Assembly: GCA_015059185.1 (NCBI GenBank)
Contig: SVAY01000006.1
Location: 14,070 to 78,069 of the forward strand
Reading direction: 5' to 3'
DNA from: Erysipelotrichaceae bacterium
GTDB taxonomy: Bacteria > Bacillota_I > Bacilli_A > RFN20 > CAG-826
DNA length: 64,000 nucleotides
Of the stretch, positions 59,463 to 64,000 are shown one piece after another. Every line of letters begins with the position of its first letter. The stretch's first letter is position 1. The notes under the pieces are model-generated. The model was given only the letters and a program-made list of their open reading frames with translations, was not told where the DNA came from and made no database searches. A program made the translations under genes and the position numbers.

Positions 59463-60656
59463 ATGTCTAGATACGTAGGAACAACAAGTAGAGGCATTAG
59501 ATGCCCAATCATCAAAGAAGGTGACAAGTTAGAAGACATCGTCACTGAAAGTGTTTTATTAGCAAGTAAAGAGGAAGGTTTCCCAATTAAGGATAAGGAT
59601 GTTATCGCAATTACCGAAAGTATCGTTGCCCGTAGTCAAGGAAACTACTGCACAATCGATGATATTGGAAATGATATCAAAGCTAAATTCAATAGCGACA
59701 CCATCGGAGTTATCTTCCCAATCTTAAGTAGAAATAGATTCTCCATCTTACTTAAAGGTATCGCTAGAGGAGTAAAGAAAATTGTCTTAATGCTCTCCTA
59801 TCCAAGTGATGAAGTTGGTAATGCATTATTAACTTATGATGATTTAGATGAAAAGGGCGTTAACCCATATAGTGATGTTCTCTCTTTAGAAAGATATAGA
59901 CAATTATTCGGTTATCGTTTACACGAATTCACCGGTGTTGATTATATCGAATATTATCAAGAATTGATTAGAGGCGAAGGATGTGAAGTTGAAGTCATCT
60001 TCTCTAACAACGCTAGAGCAATCCTTAAATACACTCCATACGTCTTAGCATGTGATATCCATACAAGAAGAAGAACTAAGAGAATCCTTAAAGAAGTAGG
60101 CGCTAAAATCGTCCTCGGCCTTGATGACATTATGACTTCTTCTATTAAAGGAAGCGGATTCAACAAAGACTACGGCTTACTCGGTAGTAACAAGGCTACT
60201 GAAGATAAAGTCAAACTCTTCCCAAGAGATTCCCAATGGTTAGTAGAAGAAATCCAAGCTAGGATCTTAAAAGCAACTGGTAAACACGTTGAAGTTATGG
60301 TCTATGGTGATGGAGCCTTCAAAGATCCACAAGGAAAGATTTGGGAACTCGCTGACCCAGTGGTCTCCCCATTCCATACCTCAGGTTTAGTTGGCACTCC
60401 AAACGAACTCAAACTCAAATACTTAGCGGATAACGAATTCAAAAACCTCACTGGTGAAGAATTAAAAGCTGCTATTGAAAAGAGAATCAAAGAGAAAGAC
60501 GCTAACCTCAAAGGTACAATGGCAACTCAAGGTACTACCCCACGTCAATTAACAGACTTAATCGGTTCCTTATGTGACTTAACATCTGGTTCCGGTGATA
60601 AGGGTACACCAGTCATCTTAGTCCAAGGTTACTTCGATAACTACACTAACGACTAA
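59463..60656 (+). CDS. CofE-superfamily (F420-0:gamma-glutamyl ligase fold) protein with a central insertion
   Basis: CofE-like blocks IKEGDKLEDIV, VIAITESIVARSQGN, YGDGAFKDPQGKIWELADP and GSGDKGTPVILVQGY. Confidence 0.5.
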   Translation: MSRYVGTTSRGIRCPIIKEGDKLEDIVTESVLLASKEEGFPIKDKDVIAITESIVARSQGNYCTIDDIGNDIKAKFNSDTIGVIFPILSRNRFSILLKGIARGVKKIVLMLSYPSDEVGNALLTYDDLDEKGVNPYSDVLSLERYRQLFGYRLHEFTGVDYIEYYQELIRGEGCEVEVIFSNNARAILKYTPYVLACDIHTRRRTKRILKEVGAKIVLGLDDIMTSSIKGSGFNKDYGLLGSNKATEDKVKLFPRDSQWLVEEIQARILKATGKHVEVMVYGDGAFKDPQGKIWELADPVVSPFHTSGLVGTPNELKLKYLADNEFKNLTGEELKAAIEKRIKEKDANLKGTMATQGTTPRQLTDLIGSLCDLTSGSGDKGTPVILVQGYFDNYTND

Positions 60657-60678
60657 TTATATTAATAATTAAAGTATT

Positions 60679-60710
60679 AAGGCCTAACATGAAAGTTAGG
60701 TCTTTTTATA
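60679..60710 (+). terminator. intrinsic terminator after the CofE-like gene
   Basis: AGGCCTAAC-ATGAAA-GTTAGGTCT hairpin followed by TTTTT. Confidence 0.6.
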
Positions 60711-60816
60711 TCACACATAGTATATTTTTTTGAATACCCAAATTGAAACTAGAGCATAAGCTCTAGTTCATTCAACCAATTGTTCTAATCAACCTTTATA
60801 ATAGTTCCTATTATAG

Positions 60817-61875
60817 TTATTTAAGATAAACTTTTTCTAAATGTTTGAATTCTTCAGGTAATTCTTGATCGCTAAGAATGATAGAAGTATCAACAATGAA
60901 GACACTTAATTTATCAGTGACTTTAATGCCGTTAAAGTTTTTGATATCTCTATTTGGAGAATAAACAAGCATATTCACTTTATGGGCTTTAAGTTTATTA
61001 ATGACATCGATAAGTGGAGAATATTTATTTGGTATGCCATATATTCCTACTAAAGCATCATCATCACCTTTGATTTTATCTAAGATAGAATTGGCAACGT
61101 GCTCTTTTCTAACTTCATTTGACGCTAAAGTTGCTTCAATGAGCTTTTGAGGAGCGTTATATTCATTCATAAGTTCCATGGAGTCTTTTGGTAAGCAATA
61201 TCCACCATATCCATAGGATGGCTTATTATAGTAGTCACCAATACGTTTATCGGCACAGACAGCTTTAATAATCTTGTTAGAATCTAAGTTATTCACTTCA
61301 CTGTAAGTGTCAAGTTCGTTGAAGAAGGCAATACGCATTGCTAAATAGGTATTAGAGAAGAGTTTAACGGCTTCTGCTTCTTCATAATTCATCACGAAAC
61401 GTTTCTTAGTATTAAATAAAGATAGATAGGTCACCACATGGAGATCTTCAGGATCATCTTTAAGGGTACCAATAACTGAACGGTCTGGATTTCTAATATC
61501 TTCATAGGCACTAGATTGACGTAAGAATTCAGGTGTGTAATATAGTCTATCGATTCTTAAGTCATTAGCAACTTTTCTCGTAAAACCAATATTGACGGTA
61601 GATTTGATGTAAATAGGCGCATACATATTGACTTTTACTATCTCTCTCACTGCATTTTCAATGAGTGAATTATCGAGTGAGTTAGTCTCTTCATCAAATG
61701 GAGATGGTAGACAAATAAACACTGCATCCGCACTTCTTAATTCATCATAGTCTTTATAGACTGGGAACGCGGCTTGAATATCTAAATCATCAATACCAAT
61801 GATTTTATGTTCTTGCATTAAATAGTCGCCTAAAGCGTGACCGACGTTACCAACGCCAATAATACCAATTCTCAT
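60817..61875 (-). CDS. UDP-glucose/GDP-mannose dehydrogenase-family nucleotide-sugar dehydrogenase (short form)
   Basis: N-terminal GxGxVG motif and catalytic-Cys motif GGYCLPKD. Confidence 0.7.
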   Translation of the reverse strand: MRIGIIGVGNVGHALGDYLMQEHKIIGIDDLDIQAAFPVYKDYDELRSADAVFICLPSPFDEETNSLDNSLIENAVREIVKVNMYAPIYIKSTVNIGFTRKVANDLRIDRLYYTPEFLRQSSAYEDIRNPDRSVIGTLKDDPEDLHVVTYLSLFNTKKRFVMNYEEAEAVKLFSNTYLAMRIAFFNELDTYSEVNNLDSNKIIKAVCADKRIGDYYNKPSYGYGGYCLPKDSMELMNEYNAPQKLIEATLASNEVRKEHVANSILDKIKGDDDALVGIYGIPNKYSPLIDVINKLKAHKVNMLVYSPNRDIKNFNGIKVTDKLSVFIVDTSIILSDQELPEEFKHLEKVYLK

Positions 61876-61983
61876 AATATATTACCTACCTCATATATAA
61901 TTTTATTATAAGGTCAACCTAGTGTCTATAAAATTAGAGAAAAGTTACATAGTCTTTTTGTTGCAAATTTTTATAATTTTTAT

Positions 61984-62736
61984 ATGATAAATGGGATGGA
62001 TGAAATAGATATTTTAAAATCAATGCTCGAGCATTCAAACCGTATAGTCTTCTTTACGGGTGCTGGTATCTCCGTTCCTAGTGGGATTCCAGATTTTCGA
62101 AGTGCGGACGGCTTATATAACCAAAAAGATAAATCAAATTATTCTCCAGAAGAGATTATCTCTCACTCATTTTATGTAGCCCATAAAAGAGAGTTCTATA
62201 CATTCTATAAAGACAAGATGGTTTATCCTAACGCTAAACCAAATATTGCTCATAAATTTATCGCTGATCTACAAAATGAAAAAGAGGTAACTGTCGTCAC
62301 CCAAAACATCGATGGTCTACATCAAGAAGCAGGAAGTAAAAAAGTCATTGAACTACATGGCTCAGTAAAACGTAATTACTGCGAAAGATGTGGAGCCTTC
62401 TATGATGATAAATATGTGATGGCGTCTAAAACTATTCCAACATGCTCAAAGTGCGGAGGAGATATTAAGCCAGACGTCGTCTTATATGAAGAAGGATTAA
62501 ACGAAGAGGATATTAGTAATGCCATCACTGCCATTATGAAAGCAGATACCTTAGTAATTATTGGCACCTCTTTAGTGGTCTACCCAGCAGCAGGCTTTAT
62601 CCGTTATTTTAAAGGCAATGCCCTCATTGTCATCAATAAAGATAAAACATCTTATGATAATATGTGTGACTTAGTAATTAATGACGATGTCACGAAAGTG
62701 ATTAATAAACTCAATGAAAAAAAGACCGCTAAATAA
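61984..62736 (+). CDS. cobB: NAD-dependent protein deacylase, Sir2 family (CobB-like, with Zn ribbon)
   Basis: GAGIS(V)PSGIPDFR motif, four Cys of the Zn ribbon, catalytic His in HGS. Confidence 0.8.
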   Translation: MINGMDEIDILKSMLEHSNRIVFFTGAGISVPSGIPDFRSADGLYNQKDKSNYSPEEIISHSFYVAHKREFYTFYKDKMVYPNAKPNIAHKFIADLQNEKEVTVVTQNIDGLHQEAGSKKVIELHGSVKRNYCERCGAFYDDKYVMASKTIPTCSKCGGDIKPDVVLYEEGLNEEDISNAITAIMKADTLVIIGTSLVVYPAAGFIRYFKGNALIVINKDKTSYDNMCDLVINDDVTKVINKLNEKKTAK

Positions 62737-63844
62737 AGAAGAAATACAAAAAATATGGGACTTTTACTATGAATTTAGCAAAAATCCTGTTTTAAATAAA
62801 CTTTATAACACTCCTCAACATCGTACATCTAATACCTATCGTCATGTCTGTTTAGTTACTAGACTCTGTTTATATAAAGCAACGAAAAAAGGATACGATT
62901 TAGATTATGAATCTTTAATTAGAGGAGCGTTCCTCCACGACTTATTTTTCTATGACTGGAGAGTTGATAAAGAAAATAGAAAACATCACTTAACTCGTCA
63001 TCCAGAAAAAGCAATTAATAACGCGAAGCAATATTTCGAACTTAATGATACTGAAATAGATATCATCCGTAATCATATGTGGCCTATTACCATTACTAAA
63101 TTCCCTCACACAAAAGAAGGAAAGCTTGTCATGATGATGGATAAAAAAGCAACGATGATTGAAGTCTTTAATAAGCGTAAAAACTTACTAGTATTTGATT
63201 TAGATGGTACCCTTGTTGATACCATCCCAGATTTAAACGGCAGTATCAATTATATGTGCGAACAAATGGGCTTCCCAAAAAGAAGTTTAGAACATACCCG
63301 TATCTCTATTGGTAATGGAGTCCCTGTATTAGTTAGACGTTCAGTTCCAGAAGGGACTAATGAGATAGATTATTTAAAGGCTTTAGAAATATTTAAAGCT
63401 CATTATATAGAACATGCTTTAGACTTATCTAAACCATATGATGGGATGTACGACACTCTTAGAAGATTAAGAAAAAGAGGCTACACTTTAGCAGTCGTTA
63501 CTAATAAGAATGAAGATATGGCGAAAAAGATCATCGACGGCTTCTATCCTAATATGTTTGTGACTGTTGTGGGTGGAAACGGTATTAGAAAACCTAAGCC
63601 AGATTATGAAATGATTAATGAATTACGCAACCGCATCAAAATTCGTCGCCCTCGAAGTGCAGCTTATATTGGCGATACAGAAGTCGATTACTTAACTGCT
63701 AGAAGAGCGTTAATGCCTACATATATTGTGACGTATGGCTACCGTACTAGAGATGAATTAGATTCTCTCAATTTTAAAAATGTCACTTATATTGACCATC
63801 CAAGTGACTTATTAATGTATTTTACAAAGAAATCAAAATATTAA
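62714..63844 (+). CDS. HD-domain phosphohydrolase fused to a HAD-superfamily phosphatase
   Basis: N-terminal H...HD motif (LHDLFFYD); C-terminal DLDGTLVDT and KPKPD HAD motifs; overlaps the sirtuin gene by 23 bp. Confidence 0.65.
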   Translation: MKKRPLNKEEIQKIWDFYYEFSKNPVLNKLYNTPQHRTSNTYRHVCLVTRLCLYKATKKGYDLDYESLIRGAFLHDLFFYDWRVDKENRKHHLTRHPEKAINNAKQYFELNDTEIDIIRNHMWPITITKFPHTKEGKLVMMMDKKATMIEVFNKRKNLLVFDLDGTLVDTIPDLNGSINYMCEQMGFPKRSLEHTRISIGNGVPVLVRRSVPEGTNEIDYLKALEIFKAHYIEHALDLSKPYDGMYDTLRRLRKRGYTLAVVTNKNEDMAKKIIDGFYPNMFVTVVGGNGIRKPKPDYEMINELRNRIKIRRPRSAAYIGDTEVDYLTARRALMPTYIVTYGYRTRDELDSLNFKNVTYIDHPSDLLMYFTKKSKY

Positions 63845-64000
63845 TTATTGTTTAATTAATTGATAAATATATTCTTCGACCTCTTCACGGTCTTTTTCTA
63901 GTGATAACGCTAATTCATCGAACATTGTTCTCGCTGCATATTTAAGCATATCAACATCTGCAGGACCAAACTTCACTGGTGTATCAACTTCATCAGGATG
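63845..64000 (-). CDS. C-terminal end of an unidentified protein (gene continues beyond the window)
   Basis: Open frame ending ...EEYIYQLIKQ* at 63845, with no start in the window. Confidence 0.3.
   Translation of the reverse strand, partial: HPDEVDTPVKFGPADVDMLKYAARTMFDELALSLEKDREEVEEYIYQLIKQ

Noticed and set aside
61984-62736. Sir2 gene as part of an anti-phage defence system (Thoeris/DSR-like)
   Set aside because: The protein is small and has the full CobB deacylase motifs and Zn ribbon, with no SLOG/TIR/helicase partners; housekeeping sirtuin is more parsimonious.

Overview
This is a 64-kb chromosomal window from a low-GC (~34-35%) Firmicute using the standard genetic code, with dense, mostly uninterrupted coding. 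The genus cannot be determined from the sequence alone; the gene order resembles Bacilli/Erysipelotrichia-type genomes. All calls rest on reading the sequence and on remembered family motifs; no searches or structure predictions were run.

Content, left to right:
- **Purine/pyrimidine salvage and fructose PTS:** prs (3' part), hpt and ppa; a minus-strand fruK-fruA-ptsH-ptsI operon with no fruR; upp, pyrR, and a convergent uracil permease (pyrP) whose leader carries an intrinsic terminator.
- **Nitrogen assimilation:** a long minus-strand operon glnA-glmS-pyrG-gdhA-aminotransferase-small membrane protein; a LysR regulator divergent from an ammonium transporter fused in-frame to a P-II (GlnK-like) domain.
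- **Purine biosynthesis:** purA-purB-guaA plus a DUF1275 membrane protein, then an AspC-like aminotransferase.
- **Nucleoside uptake:** a BMP-family nucleoside ABC operon preceded by a guanine-type purine-riboswitch-like leader. It includes an internal SBP-gene attenuator hairpin and a permease with a K/E/P-rich tail, and it ends with an orphan GMP-synthase ATP-pyrophosphatase-domain gene.
- **Small accessory genes:** a VapBC toxin-antitoxin pair with a 16-bp palindromic operator; pyk; a large surface lipoprotein with an InlB B-repeat and GLUG repeats; xpt and apt.
- **Accessory island:** a translationally coupled AcnX-large/AcnX-small/OYE-FeS-flavoreductase operon next to an intact IS150-like IS3-family element inserted beside a tRNA cluster (Leu-TAG, Thr-TGT, Val-CAC, Ile-GAT).
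- **Conserved housekeeping block:** rpsI-rplM, then (GT2, yebC inserted) truA-ecfT-ecfA2-ecfA1-sigma factor-rlmB-cysS-gtrA.
- **Right end:** a GGDEF(degenerate)-EAL membrane protein; a COG2509-type flavoprotein with a CofE-like gamma-glutamyl-ligase-fold protein; a UDP-sugar dehydrogenase; and a sirtuin overlapping an HD-HAD fusion.

No CRISPR array, rRNA or restriction-modification system was seen.

The most novel-looking items:
- the AcnX + OYE-type reductase operon;
- the COG2509 + CofE-like pair;
- the Amt-PII fusion;
- the composite motif shared by the amt and purA promoters;
- the riboswitch-controlled nucleoside transporter carrying an orphan GuaA C-domain.
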